Source of the DNA: a virus | Taxonomy: Duplodnaviria > Caudoviricetes | Length of the DNA: 62,063 nucleotides | Virus record (IMG/VR): IMGVR_UViG_3300021962_000104 | Location: 1-62,063 of that record | Direction: 5' to 3' (one strand) | In this document: positions 17,480-28,025 of the stretch, one piece after another | How the letters are laid out: each line of letters opens with the position of its first letter | How positions within the stretch are numbered: position 1 is the stretch's first letter | Position numbers and translations under genes: made by a program | The notes under the pieces: generated by a model | Database searches by the model: none | What the model was told of the DNA's origin: nothing | Seen by the model: only the letters and a program-made list of their open reading frames with translations

Positions 17480-18189
17480 ATCCGTGCATAGTTTCTTTCT
17501 TTATGGACAATGTCGATATGAAGACGGTTGGTCTTCAAAAGTCAGTGGTTGAGAAATACAATAAGAGTAAAGTGAAGCACTATATCATTAAAGTTGATGT
17601 GCCGCCAGGAGTTGCATATGACTACTTCTGGGCAATCAATGGATATAAGTGCCCACCAATGGCAGAGCATGACATTCCAAAACAAATGGAGCATGATGTA
17701 ATCTTCTTCTTGGATATTGATGCTATTCCTCTACATGAAGATGCCATTGATTTGTTTATACAAGGTGCTGCTGATGGAAAGTTGATGGGTAATGCACAGC
17801 GATCCAACCATATACAAAACAATCAACATGTTTTTGCAGCACCATCTTGTGTTGCAATGTCAGCAGAGTCATACCAGAAAATGGGGATGCCATCTTCATA
17901 TGAGAATCAGCGAGGAGATGTCACAGAAGAGTGGACTTACAAAGCCGAAGAATTTGACATACCAGTTGAATTGTACATGCCTTTGAAATTCGAAAGTCCA
18001 CCACAAAGATATGCGTGGGAAGGTGATCAACCACCACACTGGGCACTTGCTGATGGTATGCCAGTTTATGGATTGGGTACTACATACGGAACTGCTGAAA
18101 AAGAATTGTTTTTTCACAACTTCCAGATTAGAATAGAAGGTCAGAAAGAAAGATTTTGGCGTAAATGTGAAGAGGTGTTGAATGGCTAA
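17476..18189 (+). CDS. GT-A-like hypothetical protein
   Basis: IFFLDIDAIPL (DxD). Confidence 0.55.
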   Translation: MNPCIVSFFMDNVDMKTVGLQKSVVEKYNKSKVKHYIIKVDVPPGVAYDYFWAINGYKCPPMAEHDIPKQMEHDVIFFLDIDAIPLHEDAIDLFIQGAADGKLMGNAQRSNHIQNNQHVFAAPSCVAMSAESYQKMGMPSSYENQRGDVTEEWTYKAEEFDIPVELYMPLKFESPPQRYAWEGDQPPHWALADGMPVYGLGTTYGTAEKELFFHNFQIRIEGQKERFWRKCEEVLNG

Positions 18190-18382
18190 TCGTTCGGATT
18201 TTCATAAGGCAAAGTTGCCACGTGTGCTCAAGCGAGCATTGACTATGGGTGAAGTGCGTGGCGCCGATGCGCACCAAGCAGGTGCACTAAGACGTATGTT
18301 TGTTGAAGCGCATGCTAATCATGTAGCATTTAAGAATCGTAGATCCGACCAGCATTATCGTGATGCTGAAGTTGATGAATGA
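18182..18382 (+). CDS. Hypothetical protein
   Basis: SD GAGGTG, overlaps upstream stop. Confidence 0.6.
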   Translation: MANRSDFHKAKLPRVLKRALTMGEVRGADAHQAGALRRMFVEAHANHVAFKNRRSDQHYRDAEVDE

Positions 18383-18387
18383 ATAAT

Positions 18388-18462
18388 TGCGGGGTAGTTC
18401 AGTAGCAGAACGCTGGACTCATAATCCAGAGGTCGGTGGTGCAACTCCATCCCCCGCTACCA
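18388..18462 (+). tRNA. tRNA with CAT anticodon (Met; 1:72 mismatch, initiator-like), encoded CCA
   Basis: Acceptor GCGGGG/CCCCGC, D arm GTTC/GAAC, anticodon arm CTGGA-CTCATAA-TCCAG, T arm GGTGG/CCATC, 3' ACCA. Confidence 0.9.
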
Positions 18463-18466
18463 TTTT

Positions 18467-18784
18467 ATGCATAGCCTATCGGATTTAAAGAAACTCTTAC
18501 GGGAACATGGACGGGAGATCTTAGATGCTCCTGGCATGTACTTACAAACTGATTATGAACTTTGGACAATGAAGTTTGATCAGTATTATTGCGATGGTGA
18601 ATTGATCAAACGCAAAGACATTGTCAAATATCTAAAAGCAACACAAAGGAAAATCAATGAGCGTAAAAGCAGCAAAGTTAGTGACAGCCGAAGAAGTGCT
18701 GGGAGAAGTGGTGAGCGAAACAGAAAAGTTTCTAACACTAAAAAACCCCGTGGTCGTCGCATTACAGCAAACAAACGACGGTAG
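18467..18784 (+). CDS. Hypothetical protein (3' end overlaps next gene)
   Basis: First ~60 aa look protein-like. The tail is an out-of-frame overlap. Confidence 0.45.
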   Translation: MHSLSDLKKLLREHGREILDAPGMYLQTDYELWTMKFDQYYCDGELIKRKDIVKYLKATQRKINERKSSKVSDSRRSAGRSGERNRKVSNTKKPRGRRITANKRR

Positions 18785-18950
18785 AATGGCAATGGGCTTC
18801 TTGCCTTTCATGCCATATGTGAATGAACCAGTCAAGATTCCACTAGACAAGATTGTAGTCCTAGAAGAAGTTGACGACAACATGAAGAACCAGTATAATA
18901 CTGTCTTTGGAGGAATTGTTACTCCGCCCAAGACATTGATTACTGGATGA
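18657..18950 (+). CDS. Sm/LSm-like small protein upstream of gene 43
   Basis: KLVTAEEVLGEV...LKNP...PFMPY...Y..VFGGIVTP. Confidence 0.7.
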   Translation: MSVKAAKLVTAEEVLGEVVSETEKFLTLKNPVVVALQQTNDGRMAMGFLPFMPYVNEPVKIPLDKIVVLEEVDDNMKNQYNTVFGGIVTPPKTLITG

Positions 18951-21466
18951 AGTTTTACACAAACATACAGCTCTACGGACGATTCATACTCTATCGCGGC
19001 ATCGAAGACGGCAAACACTTTGCTCGTCGCGTAGAGTATCGTCCAACTTTCTTTGTTCCCGCAAAGAGCAAGTCAGAGTATCGCACTCTCAATGGTGAAT
19101 ATGTAGAGCCAATTGAACCTGGGAATATTTCTGACTGTCGCGAATTCCTTGAGCGATACAAAGAAGTTGATACATTCCCAATCTATGGGAACAATCGCTA
19201 TGAGTATGCGTTCATTGCTGATGAATACCCAGAAGATATTTTCTGGGATCGCGATTCAGTCAATGTAACTTATTTGGATATTGAGGTCAGTTCTGAGAAC
19301 GGATTCCCTGATCCAAGGGAAGCCATTGATGAGGTCATTGCCATTACAATCAAGCAAGGCAAGCAGATCACATCGTTTGGTTTAGGTGATTACACACCTG
19401 CAGAGGGTGTCATTTATTATAGGTGCAAAGATGAGCGTGAGTTACTTTCTCGTTTTATTGATTGTTGGTCTGTACGTTATCCTGATGTTATCACAGGATG
19501 GAACGTAAAGTTTTTTGACGTTCCGTATCTGCTTCGCCGCATTGTTCGTGTTCTAGGTGAGGATAAAGCCAATCTAATCTCACCTTGGAAAAAGATCAAT
19601 GAGCGTGAAGTGTTCATGATGAATCGTGAGCAGCTGTGCTATGACATCTATGGCATCTCTACGCTAGATTATCTGGATCTGTATAAGAAGTATTCCTTCA
19701 CTCCGCAAGAGTCATATCGTCTGGATCACATTGCGTTCTCTGAATTGGGTGAGCGCAAGTTGGATTATTCAGAATACGAAAGTCTACAAAATCTCTACAG
19801 GAAAGATTATCAGAAGTTCATGGAGTATAACATCCGTGACGTGGAACTGGTAGAGAGACTCAACGACAAAGGCAGATTGATTGAGTTGGCGCTGACTCTG
19901 GCGTATGACAACAAGGTGAACTACGAAGATGTGTTTACTCAGGTGCGCATGTGGGATGCGATCATCTACAATCATCTAAAGAAGAAGAACATTGTCATTC
20001 CGCAGATGAAGCGTGGCGTGAAGCACTCTGCGTACGAAGGTGCGTATGTCAAGGATCCGCAAGTTGGATCGCATGATTGGGTTGCGTCGTTCGATCTAAA
20101 CTCACTGTATCCGCATCTAATCATGCAGTACAATATCTCAATGGAAACACTGATCAAGCCTGAGAAGTATTCCACTGAAATGCACGCAACCAAAGTCAAC
20201 GTGCAATCTCTGCTAGATCAGACCAAGGATCTAGAATTCCTCAAGGAACAGAAAGCAACTGTCACTCCCAACTATCAGTTCTTCCGTACCAATAAGCAGG
20301 GGCTATTGGGCGAGATCATGGACAGCATGTATCAAGATCGTTCGCGCTATAAGAAACTTGCGCTACAGGCGCAGAAGAAAATACAAAAGGTCAAGGATGA
20401 TCCAAACCAAGTAGAGTATCTGGAGAAAGAGATCTCAAGATACACTAACCTGCAGTTGGCAAAGAAGGTCACACTAAACTCTGCGTATGGTGCGATTGGT
20501 AATCAATACTTCCGATTCTTTGACGTTGCGATGGCTGAAGCAGTCACCACTGCAGGTCAGTTGTCTATTCGCTGGATTGAGAAGAAGATGAACGAATATC
20601 TAAACAATCTTCTCAAGACTAAGAAGGATTATGTCATTGCTTCTGACACCGACTCAATCTATCTGAATCTATCTGGTCTGGTCAAGCAGATGAAACTGGA
20701 TACCAGCGATAAGAAGCGTGTGATTCGTTTACTTGATAAAGTCTGTGAAGAGCGACTACAGAAAGTCATTGATGATTCATATTCAGAGCTGGCAACTTAT
20801 GTCAATGCCTATGCTCAGAAGATGCAGATGAAACGAGAGTCGCTGGCTGATCGTGCAATCTGGACTGCCAAGAAAAGATATATTCTCAATGTGTATAACA
20901 GCGAGGGTGTTGAGTACGCTGAACCCAAACTCAAGATCATGGGTCTTGAGGCAGTCAAATCATCAACTCCGTATGCGTGCCGCGAGAAGATTAAGGAAGC
21001 ACTCAAGGTGATCATGGAGAAGGATGAGAACACAATGATTGACTTCATTGACAGCTTCCGCGAAGAGTTTAGTAGATTGCCGATTGAAGAAATTTCCTTT
21101 CCTCGCAGCGTAAATGGAACCACGCAGTATGCCGACGCCAAAGATATCTTCAAGAAAGGTACACCAATTCATGTGAAAGGTGCATTGATCTATAATCATC
21201 TAATCAATGAGAAGAGACTAAATAAGAAATACGAAACGATCAAGGAAGGCGAGAAGATCAAGTTTTGTTATTTGAAACAACCTAATCCATTTAGAAATAA
21301 CACCATCGCATTCATTAATGCATTGCCAAAGGAAATTGGTGCTGATGAATACATCGACTTTGATCTTCAGTTCGATAAGTCATTTGTTGAACCTCTAAAA
21401 ATTATCCTCGATTGTATTGGTTGGAGAATACAAAAGGTTTCATCACTAGAGGATTTTTTCGCATGA
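18947..21466 (+). CDS. 43: Family B DNA polymerase
   Basis: Exo DIE and GWN..FFD, SFDLNSLYP, KVTLNSAYG, ASDTDS, KKRY, C-terminal clamp-binding SLEDFF. Confidence 0.98.
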   Translation: MKFYTNIQLYGRFILYRGIEDGKHFARRVEYRPTFFVPAKSKSEYRTLNGEYVEPIEPGNISDCREFLERYKEVDTFPIYGNNRYEYAFIADEYPEDIFWDRDSVNVTYLDIEVSSENGFPDPREAIDEVIAITIKQGKQITSFGLGDYTPAEGVIYYRCKDERELLSRFIDCWSVRYPDVITGWNVKFFDVPYLLRRIVRVLGEDKANLISPWKKINEREVFMMNREQLCYDIYGISTLDYLDLYKKYSFTPQESYRLDHIAFSELGERKLDYSEYESLQNLYRKDYQKFMEYNIRDVELVERLNDKGRLIELALTLAYDNKVNYEDVFTQVRMWDAIIYNHLKKKNIVIPQMKRGVKHSAYEGAYVKDPQVGSHDWVASFDLNSLYPHLIMQYNISMETLIKPEKYSTEMHATKVNVQSLLDQTKDLEFLKEQKATVTPNYQFFRTNKQGLLGEIMDSMYQDRSRYKKLALQAQKKIQKVKDDPNQVEYLEKEISRYTNLQLAKKVTLNSAYGAIGNQYFRFFDVAMAEAVTTAGQLSIRWIEKKMNEYLNNLLKTKKDYVIASDTDSIYLNLSGLVKQMKLDTSDKKRVIRLLDKVCEERLQKVIDDSYSELATYVNAYAQKMQMKRESLADRAIWTAKKRYILNVYNSEGVEYAEPKLKIMGLEAVKSSTPYACREKIKEALKVIMEKDENTMIDFIDSFREEFSRLPIEEISFPRSVNGTTQYADAKDIFKKGTPIHVKGALIYNHLINEKRLNKKYETIKEGEKIKFCYLKQPNPFRNNTIAFINALPKEIGADEYIDFDLQFDKSFVEPLKIILDCIGWRIQKVSSLEDFFA

Positions 21467-22149
21467 TTACTGTCATAACCCCTACAATGTGGAAAGCACA
21501 AGAAATAAATGTAATGCTTCCAAAATTGAATGAGCATGAATTAATTGGCGAGATTATTATTATTGACAACGACCCAAGTCATAAGAATGAGAACACTTGT
21601 TCCTTATCCAAGGTGACTTATCTCACATTTGGCGAAAACATATACTGTAATCCTGCATGGAATCGCGGTTATGAAGTTGCTAAGTATGATAAGTTAATGT
21701 TTATTAATGACGACGCATCATTCACAATCACTCTAATTGATGCAATTCATGATGTCATAACTGAAGATAATGGTATGATAGTTGCAAGCCCAGAAAGTGT
21801 GCTCGAGTCGATTTCTGGTAACTATGTATTGAGAGAAACACCTAGTAAGAATATATCATTTAAACCAATACCACAACCTAGACATAAGTGTGCAATCACA
21901 TTTGGTATACATAAAAAAAACTACACAATAATTCCTGAGCAATTAAAAATTCATCGCGGAGACACCTTCCTATTTGGTATGTGTATGAAAAACAAGAAAC
22001 AGAATTTAGCAACACACAATGCTGAATTCAGAACTAAGATGTCAACTACAATCAGGTCAGACAGAAGATTTAGAGAAGTAACTAGAAAAGATGCTGAACT
22101 TGGTGCACAGATTTGGCAAGAATATGAATTGAGAGGTATAGTAAATTGA
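21463..22149 (+). CDS. GT-A fold glycosyltransferase
   Basis: ITVITPTMW, EIIIIDN, NPAWN, FINDD. Confidence 0.7.
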   Translation: MITVITPTMWKAQEINVMLPKLNEHELIGEIIIIDNDPSHKNENTCSLSKVTYLTFGENIYCNPAWNRGYEVAKYDKLMFINDDASFTITLIDAIHDVITEDNGMIVASPESVLESISGNYVLRETPSKNISFKPIPQPRHKCAITFGIHKKNYTIIPEQLKIHRGDTFLFGMCMKNKKQNLATHNAEFRTKMSTTIRSDRRFREVTRKDAELGAQIWQEYELRGIVN

Positions 22150-22159
22150 GAAATATACT

Positions 22160-23107
22160 ATGATATTTCTATTATTTCTTGCAGGATTCATGCTATCTTC
22201 TGTAGCAGCATATTACTCAATTATTGGTCTCATCGCAATATTTCCTGGTGCAATGGTTGCTATTGTTGCTATGGGTGTTACGCTTGAGTTCGCCAAACTG
22301 GTTGCTGCATCATGGTTGTATAGATGTTGGGATACAGCTCCGAGATTTCTCAAATACTATTTAAGTGCTGCAGTTTTCGTACTTATGTTCATCACCTCTA
22401 TGGGTATCTTTGGATTTCTTTCCAAAGCGCACATAGAATCATCTACTCCAACAGGTGATCTATCAGCCAAGGTTGAACTGATACAAACAAAGATTGATTC
22501 TAGATTAGAAGCCATTGATGCTGAAAAGAAAAATGTTGAAACTGCTAGAGCTGCCATTGTACAATTAGATGCTCAGGTAACTGCACGCATGGGTATTCTT
22601 TCCAGCACTGATGCAGCCCAAGGAATTAGATTACGCAGAGAACAACAGGCTGAGAGAGATCTGTACGCAACTCAAATACAAACCGCGCAGAATAAGATAG
22701 ATGTATATAATCTAGAAGTGATAAGCAATCAAGAAGAAAAGACCAAACTGAATACTGAATTACGCAAGATAGAAATTGAGGTTGGTCCTCTGAAATACAT
22801 TGCTGAACTTATCTACGGAGAAGAAGCCAAAGATCATTTTGACAGTGCTGTTCGTGCTGTAATCATTCTACTTGTGCTTGTATTTGATCCACTTGCTGTA
22901 TTTCTATTATTGGCTGCAAACGTATCTCTGTTAGCAAGAACCAAAGAAATTGACAAACCAGTCAATACAGAGTATAATGATACTGATGGGAATGATGATA
23001 GTGATACCTATAATTTTATTATGGGTAATGATCATAACATAAAACCAGTTGATGAAAATGTAGTTGATCATAAAAGTGTTTGGATGCCTTGGTACAAGAG
23101 GAAATAA
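22160..23107 (+). CDS. Membrane protein with long coiled coil
   Basis: Three N-terminal TM helices ([22 protein letters not shown]), coiled coil, EVGPLKY, C-terminal TM VFDPLAV. Confidence 0.75.
   Translation: MIFLLFLAGFMLSSVAAYYSIIGLIAIFPGAMVAIVAMGVTLEFAKLVAASWLYRCWDTAPRFLKYYLSAAVFVLMFITSMGIFGFLSKAHIESSTPTGDLSAKVELIQTKIDSRLEAIDAEKKNVETARAAIVQLDAQVTARMGILSSTDAAQGIRLRREQQAERDLYATQIQTAQNKIDVYNLEVISNQEEKTKLNTELRKIEIEVGPLKYIAELIYGEEAKDHFDSAVRAVIILLVLVFDPLAVFLLLAANVSLLARTKEIDKPVNTEYNDTDGNDDSDTYNFIMGNDHNIKPVDENVVDHKSVWMPWYKRK
22950..22978 (+). promoter_or_regulatory. Consensus sigma70 promoter upstream of uvsX
   Basis: TTGACA-N17-TATAAT. Confidence 0.65.
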
Positions 23108-23108
23108 T

Positions 23109-24143
23109 ATGAGTTTGTTTAAAAATCTTTTGAAAGAAACTGGTAATGATTTTGCATCTGCTGTCGCTGACGGTACAGACGCTGACATTACAGGTTACAC
23201 TAATACTGGAAGTTATGCGCTGAATGCGTTGCTTTCTGGTTCAGTCTTTGGTGGTATGCCAAACAACAAGGTCACTGCGTTGGCAGGTGAACCATCAACT
23301 GGTAAGACGTTCTACGCTCTGAATGTAGCCAAGCAGTTCCTGGAAGATAATCCAGAGGGTGGTGTGTTTTACTTTGAGTCTGAGTCAGCTGTCACCAAGC
23401 AGATGATGGAGTCTCGCGGAGTTGATACTGAGCGTATGTTTCTGGTTCCAGTGACTACCATTCAAGAGTTCCGCACTCAAGCAGTCAAGGTGCTGGATGC
23501 TTATCTGGAAGAAGATGAGAAGGATCGTAAGCCATTGCTAATGGTGCTTGACTCACTGGGTATGTTGTCAACTGAGAAAGAAGTCAATGACATGGCAGAG
23601 GGTAAGGACACTCGCGATATGACTCGCGCTCAGTTGATTCGTGGTGCATTCCGTGTGTTGACATTGAAACTTGGTCGAGCCAAGGTTCCGATGTTGATCA
23701 CCAATCACGTGTATGACGTTGTTGGTTCTTACATTCCCACTAAGAAGATGGGTGGTGGCTCAGGTCTTGAGTATGCTGCATCTACCATTATCTTCCTCAG
23801 CAAGAAGAAGCAGAAGCAAGGCGATGAGCATGTTGGTAACATCATCACCACTAAACTGCAGAAGTCTCGCCAAACTATCGAAAACAAGAAGGTTGAAACT
23901 CTCCTGTACTTCGATCGTGGTCTGGATAAATACTTTGGTCTACTACAGATCGCTGAAGATGCTGGTCTGGTAAAGAAGGTCTCGAATAAATATGAGTTCG
24001 CAGATGGCACAAAAGCATTTGAAAACGCCATCATAAAGAATCCAGAAAAGTTTTTCTCTGAAGAGTTACTACAACAAATCGATGAAGTATGTAAGAAGGA
24101 GTTCCTCTATGGTCAAATCAATAACAACAATGCTGAAGAATAA
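23109..24143 (+). CDS. uvsX: RecA-like recombinase UvsX
   Basis: [38 protein letters not shown]. Confidence 0.95.
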   Translation: MSLFKNLLKETGNDFASAVADGTDADITGYTNTGSYALNALLSGSVFGGMPNNKVTALAGEPSTGKTFYALNVAKQFLEDNPEGGVFYFESESAVTKQMMESRGVDTERMFLVPVTTIQEFRTQAVKVLDAYLEEDEKDRKPLLMVLDSLGMLSTEKEVNDMAEGKDTRDMTRAQLIRGAFRVLTLKLGRAKVPMLITNHVYDVVGSYIPTKKMGGGSGLEYAASTIIFLSKKKQKQGDEHVGNIITTKLQKSRQTIENKKVETLLYFDRGLDKYFGLLQIAEDAGLVKKVSNKYEFADGTKAFENAIIKNPEKFFSEELLQQIDEVCKKEFLYGQINNNNAEE

Positions 24144-24678
24144 AATTGCTACGTTACAATTTTGGTGGGCTGAAAAAACCATCCTTGAAGATAAGCATTT
24201 TAAATACAGCAAGGAAGTGCCAAGTGGTAGGGGTAATCTTGTAATTGAAATATTAAAGAAACCATTCAATGGCGTTGTAGTTGAAATCGTTGATATGAAA
24301 GTTTCTGAGATACAAGATGGTTGTGGTATGATTGACTTCTCAACACAAATTATGTATAATCGATTTAATGCTGATGTGACAACTGATAAATTCAATAGAT
24401 TAGTTACTAACATTGTGCGTTTGATTTTCTTAAAGGCTGTAGAGAAGGTAGAGGTTAAGGATTTTTTCAATGAAGACAGAGATGCTAATATTGTTGAACT
24501 TGATGAAGAACGACCAGTTTCTACGGAAGTCTCTGCCGTACCTCAAAAGCGAGTATCTAAGAGAAAGCCCAGAAAGAAAACTGTTTCAAGAGATACAAAA
24601 ATACTTCCTAAAGTACAACAACCCACCAAGTCCAAGCGCACTAAATCTCCTTCTGGAAGACAGAAGCGACCTGACTGA
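24130..24678 (+). CDS. Hypothetical protein at the gene 40 position (tail overlaps gene 41)
   Basis: Lies between uvsX and 41. No clear gp40 motif recognised. Confidence 0.5.
   Translation: MLKNKIATLQFWWAEKTILEDKHFKYSKEVPSGRGNLVIEILKKPFNGVVVEIVDMKVSEIQDGCGMIDFSTQIMYNRFNADVTTDKFNRLVTNIVRLIFLKAVEKVEVKDFFNEDRDANIVELDEERPVSTEVSAVPQKRVSKRKPRKKTVSRDTKILPKVQQPTKSKRTKSPSGRQKRPD
24332..24360 (+). promoter_or_regulatory. Sigma70-type promoter upstream of gene 41
   Basis: TTGACT-N17-TATAAT. Confidence 0.6.
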
Positions 24679-25837
24679 ACACGAACATAAGTCGTGTCGG
24701 GAGATAGTCGATGCAATTTCCAAAGGAGTGGTGGAGCCAGATACTGCATGGCTATTGGATGAGACCGAAAAGTTTTGCCAAGAGCGCGCAGTTTACTTGG
24801 CTATCATGGACTCTATCGGAATCTTGGATGGGAAAGATTCTACGCGCACTAAGGGATCTATTCCTGCTATCCTTACTGATGCTCTGGCTGTGTCTTTCGA
24901 TCCCAATATTGGTCATGACTATGTTGATCAATTTTCTAATCGTTACGACTACTATCATCGTGTGGAAAAGCGCGTCCCGTTCGATCTCGAATATTTCAAC
25001 AAAATTACGAGAGGCGGTCTCCCGAAGAAATCGCTGACCGTCGCACTTGCTGGTACAGGTGTTGGTAAGTCTTTGTTCATGTGTCACGTGGCTGCTGCTT
25101 CGTTGATGCAGAACTTCAATGTTTTATACATCTCTCTTGAAATGGCTGAAGAGCGCATCGCTGAAAGAATCGACGCCAATCTACTCAACGTGACTGTGGA
25201 CGATCTCATGCAGATTCCGAAGGATATGTATGAGAAGCGCATGAAGAAACTGCAAGAAAAGGTCAAGGGCAAATTGATCATTAAAGAGTATCCAACTGCG
25301 TCAGCGAATCCAAATCACTTTCGTGCTCTGTTGAATGATCTGGCATTGAAGAAGAAGTTCAAGCCTGATATAATCTTCATTGACTATCTAAACATCTGTG
25401 CCTCTGCTCGTATCAAGGCTGGCGCAAATGTCAACTCATATACTTACATCAAGGCTATCGCCGAAGAACTGCGTGGTCTTGCGGTAGAATTCAATGTTCC
25501 TCTAGTCACTGCCACTCAGACTACCAGATCTGGTTTCAGTAACTCTGATCCTGGACTTGAAGATACTTCTGAGTCTTTCGGTCTACCTGCGACTGCTGAC
25601 CTGATGTTTGCGCTGGTTTCGACTGAGGAACTGGAGAATCTAGGTCAATTACTTGTCAAGCAGCTGAAGAATCGCTACAATGATCCGACGCTAAATAAAA
25701 GGTTCACGATAGGTATTGATCGAGCCAAGATGAAGTTGTTTGATCTGGAACAAACTGCTCAAACAGAAATCGTTGACTCTGGTCAAACCTTTGAATCAAA
25801 AACAAGCAAGTCAAAGTTTAGCGGACTCAAGGTGTAA
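24470..25837 (+). CDS. 41: Replicative DnaB-like helicase
   Basis: AGTGVGKS, ISLEMAEE, IDYLNI, TATQTTR, SESFGLPATAD, KNRY. Confidence 0.97.
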   Translation: MKTEMLILLNLMKNDQFLRKSLPYLKSEYLRESPERKLFQEIQKYFLKYNNPPSPSALNLLLEDRSDLTEHEHKSCREIVDAISKGVVEPDTAWLLDETEKFCQERAVYLAIMDSIGILDGKDSTRTKGSIPAILTDALAVSFDPNIGHDYVDQFSNRYDYYHRVEKRVPFDLEYFNKITRGGLPKKSLTVALAGTGVGKSLFMCHVAAASLMQNFNVLYISLEMAEERIAERIDANLLNVTVDDLMQIPKDMYEKRMKKLQEKVKGKLIIKEYPTASANPNHFRALLNDLALKKKFKPDIIFIDYLNICASARIKAGANVNSYTYIKAIAEELRGLAVEFNVPLVTATQTTRSGFSNSDPGLEDTSESFGLPATADLMFALVSTEELENLGQLLVKQLKNRYNDPTLNKRFTIGIDRAKMKLFDLEQTAQTEIVDSGQTFESKTSKSKFSGLKV

Positions 25838-25839
25838 AG

Positions 25840-27045
25840 ATGGCAGATAAAACAGCATTACAAGAAGCAGCTCAAGCGTTGTTTTGTTCTTTAGCCGATT
25901 ATTTGGGTGAAAAAGAAACTCTAAAGGTTTTTGATAAATCCGTATATAAGACATATGAAGAATTCATGACAAAATATGAACCAAAGGGTAACGAGAATAT
26001 TTATCAAATAATAAAAAAAGCATACGATAAAAATGTAAATACACCAGGCGTCAGTTTAAAAGATATTGAAACTTTTTTGCAAAACGATAAAACTTGGTTT
26101 CATTCTTCGATCAATATTGCTAAGAAAATGATATCTGAGGTTAGTTCAATCAGTGCAAAATTTTCTAAAATAAAGAATGTGAATTGGTCTAACATAATTT
26201 ATGTTCGTGGTGATGAAGAGGTGATGGGTAATATATTCAAGTTGTTTTCTGCCGCTAACAAAGCATTAAAAGAATCAGTTGGTAATGCAAAGGCATTCGG
26301 TGATATTAACAAATGGAGCCCAGCAGATATCTACTTTGCGTCAACTAATGGTAAAACAGTTATATCAGCATCTGTCACTAAATTAAATAAAACAAAATCT
26401 ATAACATTTGATGAATTGAATGAATTAATTTCTGATTTAATTGAGAGTGGAGATTTATTACCACTATCTCTGAAGAAGCAACCTGGAGATGTTACTATAG
26501 AGAAAGTGAATTTTGATAGTAGCAAAAAAGTAATTCCATATGTGTATGCTGGAATTGGTGGATCTAAACAAGATAATAGATCTCTAATAGTTAGAATAAG
26601 TGAAACAGATAAATCTAAAGATCTTGTTTTCAGACATGATGCTTCTACTAGCACTAACAGCGGTGGCACATATAAACTTGAAATAAGACTTAAAGAAGCT
26701 CGTGGCGGATCTTTATCTGGTAATAAAATAATAGATACTATAAAAAAAGTTGATGCATCTTTCGCTTCTTCTTTAGAATCAACAATGAAGAAATCTAAAG
26801 CACAATTTGCAGATGAATTCAAAAAGAAAACTGAAGGAATCACAAAATCATCTCACCCAGATAGATATCGTGCTATTAGAGAAGAAGTCAGTAAAAAATA
26901 TTTTGCAGATATAGTGAACAAAAAAATACAAGATTATCTGGAGAAAAATCGTAGAACTGGAAAATCCACTAAACTGATTAAAGCATTTGTATCCGCTGCA
27001 TCTTCTAGTTCTCCCAATTCAGGTAAATATATAATAGCAAAATAA
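25840..27045 (+). CDS. Hypothetical protein, possible PD-(D/E)XK nuclease
   Basis: QEAAQALF, DINKWSPADIYF, LPLSLKK. AT-rich and Lys-rich. Confidence 0.45.
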   Translation: MADKTALQEAAQALFCSLADYLGEKETLKVFDKSVYKTYEEFMTKYEPKGNENIYQIIKKAYDKNVNTPGVSLKDIETFLQNDKTWFHSSINIAKKMISEVSSISAKFSKIKNVNWSNIIYVRGDEEVMGNIFKLFSAANKALKESVGNAKAFGDINKWSPADIYFASTNGKTVISASVTKLNKTKSITFDELNELISDLIESGDLLPLSLKKQPGDVTIEKVNFDSSKKVIPYVYAGIGGSKQDNRSLIVRISETDKSKDLVFRHDASTSTNSGGTYKLEIRLKEARGGSLSGNKIIDTIKKVDASFASSLESTMKKSKAQFADEFKKKTEGITKSSHPDRYRAIREEVSKKYFADIVNKKIQDYLEKNRRTGKSTKLIKAFVSAASSSSPNSGKYIIAK

Positions 27046-27056
27046 TGAGGTAATTT

Positions 27057-28025
27057 ATGTCTATATTGGTGACGGGTGGATGTGGTTTCATTGGTAGTAA
27101 TTTTGTTCGTCGTTATGCAAGTCTATACGATGATCGAATCATGGTGCTGGATGCGCTGACCTATGCAGCCAATAAACAAAACATAGAAGGTACAGGGGCA
27201 GTTATCGCTGTTGGTAACATTGCATCGCGCGAGTTCGTTGAACCGCTGATACGCAACTTTCGCCCAAAGACCATTGTAAACTTTGCTGCTGAAAGTCATG
27301 TGGATAATTCCATTCGTGACTCTAAGCCATTCGTATACAGCAATGTGTTAGGCACTGTCAATCTACTTGATTGCGTATTGGCTGTTGATCCAAGCATTCG
27401 CTTTGTGCATGTTTCAACCGACGAAGTATATGGCTCGCTGAGTTCATCTGATCCAGCGTTCAGCGAAACCACTGCATATGATCCGCGCAGTCCATACTCT
27501 GCTTCCAAGGCTGCATCAGATCACTTTGTAATGGCATATCATCATACGCATGCTTTGGATACTGTAATCACCAACTGCTCAAACAACTATGGTGCTTATC
27601 AGCATGCAGAGAAGTTTGTGCCAACTGTAATTCGTAAAGCATTGAAGAATGAACCTATCCCTGTCTATGGCAAGGGTCATAATATTCGCGACTGGCTGTA
27701 CGTTGAAGATCACTGCCAAGCCATCATTGACGTAATTGAGCGTGGTCGCACAGGACATAAATATAACATTGGCGGTGGATGTCAGGTGAATAATCTATTC
27801 CTTGCCAATCTAATCATTGACATGTGCCGCTCGGCATCAAAGATTGAATTTGTAACTGATCGCAAAGGTCATGATTTTAGGTATGATGTTTCTTATGATA
27901 AGATACATCTAGAACTTGGATGGAAACCAACTACCAGTCTAATCCCTGGTATGGAGAAAACCATTCAGTGGTATCGACAGAATATGGAGTGGCTTGAACT
28001 ATGCAGACCCTCGGTGTCATCCTAG
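27057..28025 (+). CDS. rmlB: dTDP-glucose 4,6-dehydratase
   Basis: TGGCGFIG, AAESHVDNS, STDEVYG, YSASK, NCSNNYG. Confidence 0.93.
   Translation: MSILVTGGCGFIGSNFVRRYASLYDDRIMVLDALTYAANKQNIEGTGAVIAVGNIASREFVEPLIRNFRPKTIVNFAAESHVDNSIRDSKPFVYSNVLGTVNLLDCVLAVDPSIRFVHVSTDEVYGSLSSSDPAFSETTAYDPRSPYSASKAASDHFVMAYHHTHALDTVITNCSNNYGAYQHAEKFVPTVIRKALKNEPIPVYGKGHNIRDWLYVEDHCQAIIDVIERGRTGHKYNIGGGCQVNNLFLANLIIDMCRSASKIEFVTDRKGHDFRYDVSYDKIHLELGWKPTTSLIPGMEKTIQWYRQNMEWLELCRPSVSS

Noticed and set aside
24130-24678. Calling this gene 40
   Set aside because: Position fits, but I recognise no gp40 sequence motif.
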